From NCBI GenBank assembly GCA_028534125.1, contig CM052838.1:64914001-64978000 (forward strand): DNA of 64,000 nucleotides, in the 5' to 3' direction. The translations under genes were made by a program, and so were the position numbers. Below are positions 36,030 through 47,797 of the stretch, in pieces. The stretch is from Lama glama. Lineage: Eukaryota. Below the pieces are notes generated by a model. The model was not told the origin of the DNA. It saw only the letters and a program-made list of their open reading frames with translations, and did no database searches. Position 1 is the first letter of the stretch. Each line of letters starts with the position of its first letter.

Positions 36030-39000
36030 GTTAAATGACACCAATTACAATAAATTGCACATTTATTAGAATAAACGCTGTCCTTGCTGATAAGTTCAAA
36101 CACCCCTTCTAGCTGGATCTGTCTGCTCGGCGAACTCCAGCCCCCCCTCCCATGCCTCCCGGCCGTCCTGGAGATGGTTGGGTTTGGAGCCTGGTAAACG
36201 GGGAATCGATGCCATCGATTGCACCTTAAATGTCTGCATTTCTAACTTGCCCTCTGCTACCCGCAGGGGAACGACCACAGAAGGCAGGGAATGGGCATCA
36301 CCTTGTGTCCTTCCTCCCTGTGAACTTTCTGGCTGTTTTCAGCCTTCCTCCCCCAGCTCTGCTGCCGGAAGCTTGCAGGAAAGGACGCACCCCTGCAAAG
36401 TGACCCCCCGAGGAGGGAACTCGGGCTCCCAGGCTCAGCAAACCGTCCGTCCTTGGTCAGCCGCCCTGGGATGAATCCTGCACCAGCTGTCAAGTGGCGG
36501 TGGAGATTGCACCGTGGGGTGACGTCTCTGCCCGCAGAGCCCTCCGCTGGGGTCAGGGGGGACAGGCAGCCTCCATGTCTCCGGGCAGGAGCCTAAGGTC
36601 CCCAGGCAGGGAAGAGCATCTTGGCAACAGCTGTGTGACCAGACCCAGCCCACCCGGCCCCGGCGTCAGGAGTGTGGGAACAGCAGCCACAAACCAGCCC
36701 CTTGCTCTCCTCAGACCCTCTCCTCTGGCCCTTCCACCCCCAGTCAGGGCATCCCACGGTCCTTGAAATGTGGTCACCACCTTCAAAAACAGGCAGTAAC
36801 TCAAAAGCCCTCAAAAAGGAAGGGAGGGAGGGAGGGAAAAGGGAAAGGAAATTTTTGACCCTCAGATTTGGGGGCGGGTCTGGCTTCCTTTCCTGAATCT
36901 TGTGATTTTGGCAAGCCTGGTACCCAGGTCCTAGAGTGTGCTCATGGCTGACGGTCCCAACACAGCAACGGTGACCACGGGACGTCTTACAGCACTTTGA
37001 CTCAGGGTTCACACGACCTAAGGTGACACTGACTGCACGCGAGGCCCTGCGGCTTTGGCCTGAGGACAGAGTGGACGTCTGCTCTCCCTCCTCCGCCTGG
37101 GGTGCGGCTGGGACTCCGGGTGCTCACCTGCCTCCAGCTGCCCGCTGCTCCCCATGCCCTGCTGTCTGCTCCAGACCAGGACCCGGCACTGCCAGGCTTT
37201 GCTTTTAAATATCCTCCAAGTTAAACGGGAAAAAGAAAAGCCGAATCAGGAGCCAGACTGAGTCAGAACAGGGGATGAAACCCGTGGGCTCGTCTAGCCT
37301 GTGTAGGACCTCCTCCCGAGGCGATGCTGGAGTTACTGGGAGTGGATGGAAATGCAGCCCTTTCATTGACGGGTTATGACAGCGACTCTGAGTCTCAAAA
37401 TTTTTCCATTAGAAACTCAGCCATTGTGGTTTTCAGGACTTCGTTTACATTTAAAAATGTATCTTTCATGCCTCTCGCATCCCTGGACCTCCCTGGAGGC
37501 CAACAAAGCCTTCCCGGAAGTTAATCCAGGTGCTGATGGAGCTTCCCACCACCGACGCGTCAGCCGACAGACACATCGAAGTGCCAGACGGGGAGGTGCC
37601 CTGCACCCACCTGCCCGAACGGCCGCATCCCTCTCAGGGTGAAGGTCAGTGCTGCGAAACCTGAGCTGCGGAGGCCCGTTCAGATGGGCTGCGTCCTCCA
37701 CTCCCAGGGCAGGTCTGAAACGTGGCGCCTCATTCACATTTAGGCAGACACACGTGATTTGGTCTCATGGAAAACGCGCTTGTTTGCGAGCTGTGCAGGA
37801 GGAGAGCTTGGGGAGGGAGGAGACGGGACGGAGAGGCTTTCTGGAAGCCTCAACCCAGGCAAAGTGGAGGGAAATGCATTCCAGGTTCCTGATTTTAGCA
37901 AACACTTTAAAGTCCTGAAAGCTCCTCAAGTCGCCACACGACCTCCTTCCTGAGCTGCAGAGGCCATCCTGCCGTCTCCTCCCTGTGTAAGGCGCTGCCC
38001 GCTCTCAGCCCCAGCCCTGCGAAATAGCACCGTGGAAATGCCAGCGCTTTTGGGAGTGTGTCGCTTCCCTTGTTTGGGGAGTGCTCATTTGCATATTTCT
38101 CAAATTTCACCTAATAATGAGCTGGGTTTTGCATTTGACTTACATCATTTGAAGAGAGCAGAACAATGCTAAGTGGCCCAGGGTGTCACTCGCTGATCTA
38201 TGTGCTTTCCTCCCCACTGCTTAGAACCCGCAGCCCGGCGGACGCCACGTGATCACTCAGCGCCACTCTCCAGGCTGCAGGGGGGCTCCGGGCAGACAGC
38301 GCGCTGGTGCAGGCGACAGGGTCTGCGGAAGAGGGCTGGGATCCCTCCGCAGTAAACAAACCAACGTTGCAGGGGCCGCGTGCTTGGTGTCCATTCCGGC
38401 CACTGCCCTTGCAGGAGAGGACACTGGGGACAGCCAGGTGTCCCCGTCTCAGACTAAGCACCGGGATAGGCAGGAACAGACCCTCGGTCACCCGGGCCCT
38501 GCAGTGGGGTCTTCATCACTCCTGTGAGGTCTTCTAAGAGGAAGACACTGTCTCAGGTGCTGACACTGGCCGAGTGGAGGCCTAGAAAAGGCAGAGGGAG
38601 ACAAGGAACACGCACGTCACTGACCTGGCGTGGAAAGAAGGGCCTTACAGCAGATGTGGTTTCAGTGGGTGAAGCTAAAAGCACTGACGCGGGAATGCGT
38701 GAGGCAGGACGGGGGCCCCTTCAGTGGTTTAGAAATACAAGAAAAGCGTCGATCATTTTGGAGTTACGTCTCAGTCGCCGGTCTGCCTTTTACAGCCGCA
38801 ATGTAGCTCTGAGGTTGAGCCTGGACCGCGTGGTGCATCCCCGGCCTCACTAGGTCTGAACTGAGCACGTCCGCTCCGCTTCCTCAGCCTCGTCGTGAGC
38901 CCTCGGGGGCAGGGCTTCCCTCGGACGGGACTTGGTCCCCATGCCTAGCCCCGCGTTACAGGTACTATGAAGAAATGTCCTCAAAAATGAGGTTAGGTTT

Positions 39001-39599
39001 TGATCTCTTTGTTTGTGGCCAAGAAATCCTTAGTACGTAACGTTTGATTTTCATGGTGTCTACGACCACATGGGGAAAATACACCATTTGACTGTCGTGA
39101 AACGTGGCATTTGAAGGTCCGTGCTGGGAGCTGGTAAAGAGGGAAAATGGGTTTTAAATGACTCTAATGACTTCCGGACTCGTGGGCTCAGCAGAGGCTC
39201 TGATGGGACATGAGGCGCCGATGGGACGTGAGGCATGGTGACTGAGGTCCGGTTACTCAGGGATTGGGGGTTTAGGCTCTTCTCCGCTCACGCCTTGTGT
39301 TGAGATGCAGGCAACCAATTAAAACCTACATTTCTAAGTAAAAGGGGGGAGTGCGATAAGTGGGAGTCTAACCCAGGGGGTAAGTTTCAGGGACGATGGT
39401 GGCTGAGTAAGGGAAGGTTCCACCGCGAGGACCCTGGGTCTCCAGGAGCGCTCGTCAGAGGGAGGTGGGGTGGCAACGCCTGCAGGACGTCCTCATAGTC
39501 GGGGACCATGCCCATCCCCCGCCACAGAGGCTGGGACAGCAGCTCCTGATGGGGTCAGGGAGAGGCGGGAACAAGAAGGCGGCAAGACAGCGCTCACTG

Positions 39600-39837
39600 G
39601 GGCAGGGTGAGGGAGAGACGCAGGGAAGGTGCAGCATGGAGGCCAGCAAGCAGGACCCCTCGGGGAGGGGACCAGAGACATGAACACCCCGGCTGCTTCT
39701 CCTTCCCCTGGGTCACCATTTGGCCGAAACCAGCAAGAAGCCACTGATTAGGTCCATTCAGATCAGCCTCCTGGAGCCCAGAGCAGGGAGGAGGGGGGAA
39801 CACGGCAGGCGAGGGCCAAACGGAAGACACCCAGTGA
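39600..39837 (-). mobile_element. ERVL-class LTR remnant (LTR33-like)
   Basis: TTGGCCGAAACCAGCAAGAAGCCA...GTCCAT...TCAGCCTCC...CAGAGCAGGG...GAGGGCCAAACGGAAGACACCCAG matches the recalled reverse 5' end of LTR33-type LTRs. Confidence 0.55.
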
Positions 39838-39849
39838 GGCGCTGCCCAG

Positions 39850-40332
39850 GGGAATGTCCACAGCGGCACAGTTTAGAACAGCCAAAAGCTAGAAACTGCC
39901 CAAATGCTCATCAGCTATCAATCCACAGACAAAACGAGGTCTCTCCTTACAAGGAGATCATTCAGCCGCAGTGACACCTTCTTCAACAAGTGAGGATGAG
40001 CCATGAGGACACGATGCTCAGCGAGAGAGCCCGTCACAAAGGACCACACGTCACAGGGTCCCCTTTATACGGAATGTCCCCAAGAGGGAAATCCTTAGAG
40101 ACAGAAAGTAGATGAGCGGCTGCCTAGGCTGGGGGAGGGGGTGCTGGAGAGAGCGGGGGGGGGGTGTCTAAGGGTGTGGGTTCCTTTTTGAGGTAAGGAA
40201 AATGTTCTTAAATGGACTTTTGTGAGGTTTGCACACATCTGTGAAGTTACCAAAAGCCACTGGATTGTACATTTAAATTCATGAGTTGTACAGCTTGAAA
40301 ATTATATAAATAAAGCTTTTATGAAAGAAAAA
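39850..40332 (+). mobile_element. L1MB-type 3' end
   Basis: CACAAAGGACCACA...AAATCCTTAGAGACAGAAAGTAGAT, G-rich tract, GGAAAATGTTCTTAAAT...AAAGCCACTGGATTGTACATTTAAA...AATAAAGCT. Confidence 0.85.
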
Positions 40333-41044
40333 TGTGTGTGTGTGATTTTTTTAAATAAGGCAATTGCAGTATGGGGAAAGAATGGGATAATTATATCAAA
40401 ATATGTCTCTACAGTTGCTACATTTGAACATCACATTTAGAGCTGAGTTTCTTGGCCTTCATGACTCAGAGGGGAGTCATTCTTCCTGTCTGATTCAAGG
40501 GGAAATGCCATGTCGCCGGGGAAGTGTCATTTTTCCTTGTGCTTACTACTAAGATGCACCGTGAGTTGGGTACCAGGTGCGGTCGGTAAAAGCAGCTGTA
40601 CGGAAAGACAGTTGGCCATCAGCTGACCTCTGGTGGTTATGCAGGGACCCCATGGCGTGAAGCCAGTCCCAGCTTCACTTCTGGGGAGAGCTGGGCCACC
40701 TGTCGAGTGTGCATGGGTTTCCCATGCTAGTCTGCACAATGCATCCTGTGCCTGCAGGTGCGAGGCCCTCAGCGTGGGGTTGACACTCAGATGACACACC
40801 TGTGGGGTCTTGGAGCTCAGGACACCAAGGGAGGCAGGGCCCTGGGCCTACAAAGATAAGCCTGGGCATATGGGAGCACTTGTGGGGACAGACCATGCCT
40901 GTGTCTCTCTACCCGTAATTCAAGGACGTGGTTCCCATGTGGCCCAGAAGATTTCACTTGGACATATAGGGCAAATTCCACTTTATCCCCATTTTCATGG
41001 TGAAAATTCACTGCTAATTTTCAGGGGAAGAGAGTAGAGAGAGG

Positions 41045-41490
41045 CCAGCCACTTTTTTTAAATTATTATTGCTGAAGTACAGTCAGTTACAATGTGTCAA
41101 TTTCTGGTGTAGAGCATCGTGTCCCAGTCATGCATGCACATACATATATTTGTTTTCAGATTCTTTTTCTTTAAAAGTTATTACAAGATAGTGAATATAG
41201 TTCCCTGTGCTTTTTTAATCTATTTTTATATATAGCGGTTAACCTTTGCAAATCCCAAACTCCCAAATTTATCCCTTCCTATCCCCTTTCCCCCATTACC
41301 ATAAAATCCTTGACAAAATATTAACAAACAGAATCCAACAGCACATAAAAAAGATCATACACAATGGTCAAGTTGGATTCATCCCAGGGACACAAGGATC
41401 ATTCAACATATCTAAGTCAATTGATGTGACACACCACATCCACAGAGGAACAAGGGTCACAGGGCCATCTCAGTAGATCCGGCCACTTTT
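41045..41490 (-). mobile_element. 5'-inverted L1 insertion with 12-bp TSD
   Basis: Antisense 3' UTR with poly(T) (41053-41303) joined to sense RT-domain sequence (about 41303-41478; [29 protein letters not shown]). Flanked by CCAGCCACTTTT / CCGGCCACTTTT. Confidence 0.9.
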
Positions 41491-41654
41491 GAGAGCTGCC
41501 TTGTGTACAATACTCTTGCTACATAGATTATGTCTAACTTGAAAAACAAAAATACGGTTCTTGTATCCGAATTTGGAACTTATAGAGTAACAAGAGCCAA
41601 AATGAAGTGAGCACCTGCCAGGGGCTGCGCGGAGCCCTTGCAGGCAGCCTCCTG

Positions 41655-41765
41655 CATTTATCACAACGGCCCCATGGGGCCTGCACTTGTGTTATCCTGT
41701 TTTATGGATGAGAGGACTGAGGCTGGAAGAGGTGATGAGTGGGGACTGAGGTCTCAGCCTCCAGG
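41655..41765 (-). mobile_element. MIR remnant
   Basis: TTATCCTGTTTTATGGATGAGAGGACTGAGGCT core. Confidence 0.65.
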
Positions 41766-42239
41766 GCTTGTGGACTTCCCACTCCTCTGAGCTGACCTGT
41801 CACCCTGGACTCATCTCCATGGTTCTTAGAAGCCAGTCCCTACAAGTCCTGATGGTGTTTTCTGACTCTCTTCTGTTGCCTGACAATCCGGGTGCCGTGC
41901 GTGGTGTTTGTGCCAACAGTACATGACAGCTGAGATCCAGAGCTGTCATCCAGTTCCTCACGACAGAAGCCTTCCGGGGAGCAGTGTGATGCTCTCCACA
42001 ACCACAGGACACATTTGCCAAAGCAAATTCGTCTCCACAACGGCAGCTTAGGAGCCTTGTGTGTCTTCTTTGTCTCCGCTCCTGGAAGGACACCACAGTC
42101 TCGTCGCGTCTGGCCAAGCCGGGCCGGGCTCCGCTTCCAGCACCAGAGGGCACACCCGCGAGGGTCCTGGGCGTGTGCCTCGGCTTGGTGCGGGGCTGAA
42201 GCATAGCCGGTCTTCTGAGTAACATTGCTGAAGAAGCAA

Positions 42240-43810
42240 CATTACCTGAAACAAGAGAGGCTGAGATGATGAGACACTTAATAAAACACAAATGGGACCC
42301 GGACCATTTGTGCTGCAGGTTTGGGGCGTGATTAATGAAAATGACCGGCTTAATATGCCTGGCGGTGAGCAGCCTTCATGCCGCCTGCTCTTTTATCACA
42401 TCCCGGCAGCGGGCTATTAATAGCGACTGAGCCCCAACTTGTCCTTTCAAACATTTCAAACACAAATAATAGAAGATTTCCAATTAGAAGGGATAATCTC
42501 CCTTCAGAAGCCAAGTAGTAAGCACAGTGGATAATTTTAGAACCTTTGGGGATATAAAGATTCCTTTCTATCTCCCCATAAGCAGTGAGTCGGCAGCTTT
42601 GATGAACAATTTAAAAATAGAAGACGGACGCACAGAGACGTTGCGAAGCGCGGGCTTTTGTCCATGGATTTTTTTTATTGTTCCTGCTTTTCTGAAATGC
42701 TGTCATTACACAAAACATTATTTCAGTTAGTTTTCTGCAAACCCCCAAGTCATATTCAGTAAGCTTTTACCGATTGAGAAATTAGGAATGAGGCAACAGA
42801 AAAAAAAAAAAAACTGGTTCATGAGAGAAATAGCAAGGGCCCTCAGGTTTTGTGATGCTTAAAACTGTGTTTGAAGACTGTCTATCTGCTTGCCATTTCG
42901 AATGAGGATACGTATGGATTAATCACGAGGGCGGCACGGGTGTTAAAACTGTTATCTGATCCAACCTGGACTGACAGAGATTTATTTAATAAACATGTCT
43001 ACGGTGTTTTCTCCTAGCACTAATTCAGACTTAATATATGTTTCCTCATTTCTACCCTTCATAAAGAATTCCATAGTCCTAGACACAAGATGAGCGTAAA
43101 GCTGGCCCCAAAGGAAATTCTGGGAGACTGAGCTGGTCCGAATAAGTCTTAGGAGCGTTTCCTCCAAGCCTCTGGTAATTTCTGACATGGTATCAGCTAA
43201 AAAAAAGAAAAGAAAAGAAAAAGGGGATGGCTGGCTAAATGCAATATGGAGAAAAGAGCCTCATTTTCTCTGCAGAAATTCATTATTTGCACCCAAAGGA
43301 CCTCCCAGTTTCGTGTCCCTCTGCAGACATGCTTCTTGGAGGGTTTTTTTCCATTTGTTATCAAGCTCAGCCCTAAGCAGGCTATGGTCCCCTGCGTCAA
43401 TAATAACAAGGCATTGCTGCCTGCCCACACCATTATTAGTCTGAATAATATTCAAGATTCGCTCGGTGATCTAAATAGGTCTTTATAACTTGAGTTCAGT
43501 TGGTTCCCTTGGCAATAAGTTTTGAAGAGCTCTCGGAAACGGGAGCACATCGGGGAGGGGTCACGAAAGGGGTTAGTAGCGGGGGGGGGGTGGGCGGTGA
43601 GAGCCCACGCATGGCGCTGTTCCTTCCGGCAGTTCTCACCCCCCCCCCGCTGGCAGTCAGCTTCCGCCCTGAGGCCCCGCTCACCCGAGGTAGCCGAGGC
43701 TGCAGGACTTGTCCAGGGTCGCAGGGCAGGTGAGAGCAGAGCTGGGAGTGGACTCATTTGGAGCTGCCACTGTGTCCAAAACAACGGCAGGTCTAATTAT
43801 AGACGCGTGC
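42240..43810. promoter_or_regulatory. Candidate enhancer cluster
   Basis: Unique AT-rich block with two CTA(W)4TAG MEF2-consensus sites (42414-42423, 43793-43802) and TGATTAAT PBX-HOX-type sites (42329-42336; 42918-42925 on minus). Confidence 0.45.
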
Positions 43811-44949
43811 GGTGCTCGTGTCCCGACACTGGGCCACGCGCCGTGCATCTTCTATCTCCTCCTGCCCCCAGGGCCCCCAGGTTGCCTGCTCTCACTACGC
43901 CCACCACACAGTCGAGGCGGAGGGTCAGAGAGGAGGAGTAGCTCAAAGGGGCAAACAGCCAGACAGTGAGGAGTCCAGATTCTCAGCAGGCACCTGGCTC
44001 CAGAACCACCTGCTCTTGCTGCTCCGAGCCACAGCGGGGGCCGGAAGCAAGGTTCACTGGGAATGAGGATCGAAGCTGCAGAGCCATGGCGGGTGTTCTG
44101 GGGAAGGCCCGTGACGCGCGGCCCTGGGGCAGAGGGACGGGGTGGGCAGAGGGGCGGTGGAGGGGCCGCTCCAGCACCACGGACAGCGGCCGGGGCCTGG
44201 AGGGTTCGGGACGGTGCGGCCTAAGGTGGCGTTTCCTGCAGCCCTGCAGGCAGCCAGGACCAGAGGTCTTCAGCGTCCCATCTAAAGACGCTTTGGTCCC
44301 TGGAGCCCCGTCCAGGCGATGTCACTGCCTTCAATTATCCTTAAACAAGGTTTTGAAAAGTGCCGCCTGTGCCTACTGGACGCTGCCAGGAAAGGCTCAA
44401 AACCAACTGGGCATCCGCTTCTGTATCTCCGACTCTCAGTGTCCAGATGACCTGAACGGTCCAGCCCTCATTTCTTACGCATCACTTTGCCATCTCTTTG
44501 GAATATTCTTATGGCCCCAAAAGACAGTGTCATGTGATAGGTTTTTGGGGGGATTCCCAAAACTTGCATGTTCAAGTTGACAGGTTCAGTGAAGGGTTTG
44601 CCTGTCCTTTGCTTGTATCGGAGCTTCTTTCTGGGAACCAGAAATCTCTATTTGCAGAAAATCATTGCTTCTGCTAGTGATGTGATGAGGGAGGGGTGAT
44701 TCTTTGGATGTTCTGATGGAATCGTAGCCCATGCATTCTGAGGAACCGGAAATGTGTCCACCATGGTCTCCCGATCCCTGGCCCAAGCAGCAGCCCTCGG
44801 ACTGTTCTTTACACATTCCTCTGCCGTGACTTCTTACGAATTTATGAGGTCATCTGATTTCACAGACTGAAATGTCTGGTCATCGTGGTGGTTTACAGAC
44901 TTAACCAAGAGCCCATACAACATCCTGTATTAAGGCAAACAAAAGGATT

Positions 44950-45365
44950 TCTTAAAATGCATTTTCTCTCATGCACAAACCAGGCACAGAGACAGCTTCA
45001 GCCCCCCGGGCACTGGCTCCTGGTGCAGGATGTTGGGCCAGCCCTGACCTGTGCACTGGGATCCCTGGGTGGAGCTGGAATCAAACGAGGAGGGAAGCAA
45101 GGTTGTTCAGCAGATCATCAGGGAGGCCCTCTGCGGAGGGGTGTTTATACCTCAACCAGTCGGACGAGATGGGGCCACCTGGGGCAGGAGCGAGGGCAGC
45201 GGAAGCCCAGGTGCAAAGGCCAGAGGAGGAGGTCCGTGAGTTCCAGAAGCCGAAAGGCTGCTGACACACTGGAGCATCGCGGACAAGGAAGAGGGCCTAG
45301 GAGGGCCATCTGGGCCACTGTCAGCGGCTTGGAGTTTGCCGTGAGACCGACAGAAAGGGTAGGCA
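44950..45365 (-). mobile_element. L2 fragment
   Basis: TCAGGGAGGCCCTCTGCGGAGG...AGGTGCAAAGGCCAGAGG...TGGGCCACTGT...TTGGAGTTT resembles antisense L2. Confidence 0.6.
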
Positions 45366-46039
45366 GAATGCCTTACGTGGTTACACTCTCCTCCTGGTTG
45401 TGCTCTGGAACCTAGTCACTGGGAGAGCATCAGACCCCCGGATGCTCCTCTTCCAAACCCCTGGGGTCATCTGTCCTCTGTCCCATCCCTAACCAGGCGG
45501 GCAGTCTCCAGATCTCCAGTCTCACCTGGGAACACCTGACAACAGCTCACTTTGCACCTGTCACCTTTGCAGAGTCTCCCTGTCAAGGTTGGATGTGAGA
45601 GTCACAGGACCACCGGGCACCCATCCACACAAGATTCAGAAGTGTGGGGCAATTAGCACACCTCGGGGCACATCCTCAACTGTGGGGCTCCTCCCTGGGC
45701 TGCCTCCTCCCTAAATGCAGTTTCCATGGCAGTTGGACAATGGGCTGGGGGACTGAGGGTCAGCCATCCTTAGCAGGAGCCAGCTTGACATCCCACCCAG
45801 CCTCTCCCTCTGTCTCTGCCCCCTCCCCCTTGGCCCTCACCCCTGTTCTCCAAAACCATGCCCCCAACAAAGTGACAGCGGCTCTGACTTCAGGGAGCAC
45901 AGGTGGAGGCAGATGGCAAGCAGGGAAGCGGGGGACCGTGCAGCCGGCTCGAGACTGACCTGAGGACGTGCAGGGGCAGCAAAGCCGGAGCCCCAGCAGA
46001 CCCACTCCGGCCTGTCCACCCGTCCGGCTCTTTCCATTC

Positions 46040-46380
46040 TCAGTGCTTCTGCACGCTTCCCTCTGTCCTGCGTGGCTTTCCTACCCCCAACCCACCCAAA
46101 CCTTCGCTGATTCCTGGTGTCCTTTAGACTGCAGCTGGGCTGTTCTGGGGAGCCTTCCCTGACCCCTCAGGTTGAGGGAAGTGACCCCCTTTATCCTTTA
46201 GACCATTTGCCTTCTCAGCCCAGGTCACGGTTTGCAGCTACACACTGCTGCGTGTGTTCACAGGTCGAGGTCCCTCTCCAGCTGGCATCTCTGAGGTCTA
46301 GGAGGGGAGGGGCTCTACCTGGTGCCCCACATCACGCAGCAGGCAGGGTGGGCGTGCGGCAGATCCTGGGTGCTCACAGG
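46040..46380 (+). mobile_element. L2 3' end remnant
   Basis: TCTGGGGAGCCTTCCCTGACCCC and downstream degenerate L2 tail. Confidence 0.5.
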
Positions 46381-47199
46381 AAGGAGCAAGCCCGCAGCCA
46401 GCACAGTCCCAGCCACCGCCCTGCGGCCCGGCACGAGACCTAAGCGCCATCCAGAAATTAGGCATCAGCTCGCACTCACTTCCGGAGAGTCGCACACGGT
46501 GTCTGATGCTGCCATTTGTTTTTGTGAACTCACTCTTAAATCTGGTCCTAAAATAGAGCTAACCTTTCTCCTGGAAATTCAGAGAAACCAAAGGCTCATA
46601 AACAACGCAAAAACCGTTGTTAACACTCAGGCTGGGGGATGGAAGACGCCCATAACCATTTAAGCGCTGGGTTCTCTGAACTTCATTTTAAAGATGCAGA
46701 GCACTGAATGCTCACATTCCCCTGAGGCAGGATTCGTGTCCTTTCACAGACAGCTGGTTTCCAGTGGAGCCTGGACTGCGGTAGGAATTCCTTCCAAAGT
46801 ATCCTCAGCTCTTCTTTGTAGACTCCTCCCTGGTGAAGAGGAATGTGTCTAATCCAGGCACAAGTGAAGCCTGAGCGTTGTATGGGGTCCCGTGGGCGTC
46901 CCTCCTGCACCCGCCGGGTCAGGGCACCGTTTCTCTTTGGCTTCTCTGTACCTACTTTGCCCACTGCCTCCACTTTCTTCTTGTTTCCCACACTGTTCAG
47001 ACGTATGAACATTCCTACGGGCACAAATGTGATCATATGTACACACAGCACACAAGAATCCCCCCTTCAAAACACAACGTTCTCAGTGGTTTCAGCCCTC
47101 TTAGAACACAAGTAGAAATGGAGGAAGCTGAGGCGCTGGATTTACCTTCTTGGTCTCCCTCCCTTTCTTCCCCTCTCTCTTTACCTTCCCCTCCCTCCT

Positions 47200-47610
47200 T
47201 AAATCCTAAATGCGCTTGCAGCTCTCTCTGCAGCAGTGATATTATGGTGATTTCAAAGAGTAGCTGCGCGCTAACCGACTCTGGGCTCCTGACTTTCTGG
47301 AGAAACTGTACATTGAAAGCCGTCAACTTTTGATTACTAATCTGTTACTAAAAGGAAATAGATTACAACGCGAACCACGGCAATTGCCTGAAATGGAAGT
47401 TGAGAGAGGAACACAAGGAAATTGCCATCCACTGTGGGGCCTGCATTTCATGCTAAAAAACAATCGAGTTCAAATGCAGGGTGAGATTTTAAAACAGTTC
47501 AATTATCTCTTTAATTATCTTTCATTTAAGGCACAAATCCACCCATCGGTCCTGGTCAGGGTTGGAGACACAGAAATAACGCCTTACAAGCCAATTTAAT
47601 GGCCTCCTAA
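47200..47610. promoter_or_regulatory. Candidate enhancer (AT-rich unique island)
   Basis: TGATTACTAATC, AACAAT (SOX-type), tandem TTATCT (GATA-type, 47503 and 47515), TTTAATGG. No repeat recognised. Confidence 0.35.
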
Positions 47611-47757
47611 TTCTGCCCGAGGTAGGGGCCAAGTCCGACACAGACGTCTGCTCCTCCGAGCCTGTGAGCACCAGCCTGGAGGAAGGGGATGTAGTTTGAA
47701 ATTCACCTTGTACAGTCTGACAAGATGAACGTGTTTCTTGGAATTGCAATGGGTTTA

Positions 47758-47797
47758 GTGTGTGTGCGCACGTGTGTGTGTGCGCGTGTGTGCGTGT
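47758..47797. repeat. (TG/CG)n microsatellite
   Basis: Direct observation. Confidence 0.9.

Noticed and set aside
41246-41476. ORF with reverse-transcriptase similarity
   Set aside because: It is a short L1 ORF2 fragment inside the inverted insertion, not a gene or a retron-like system.
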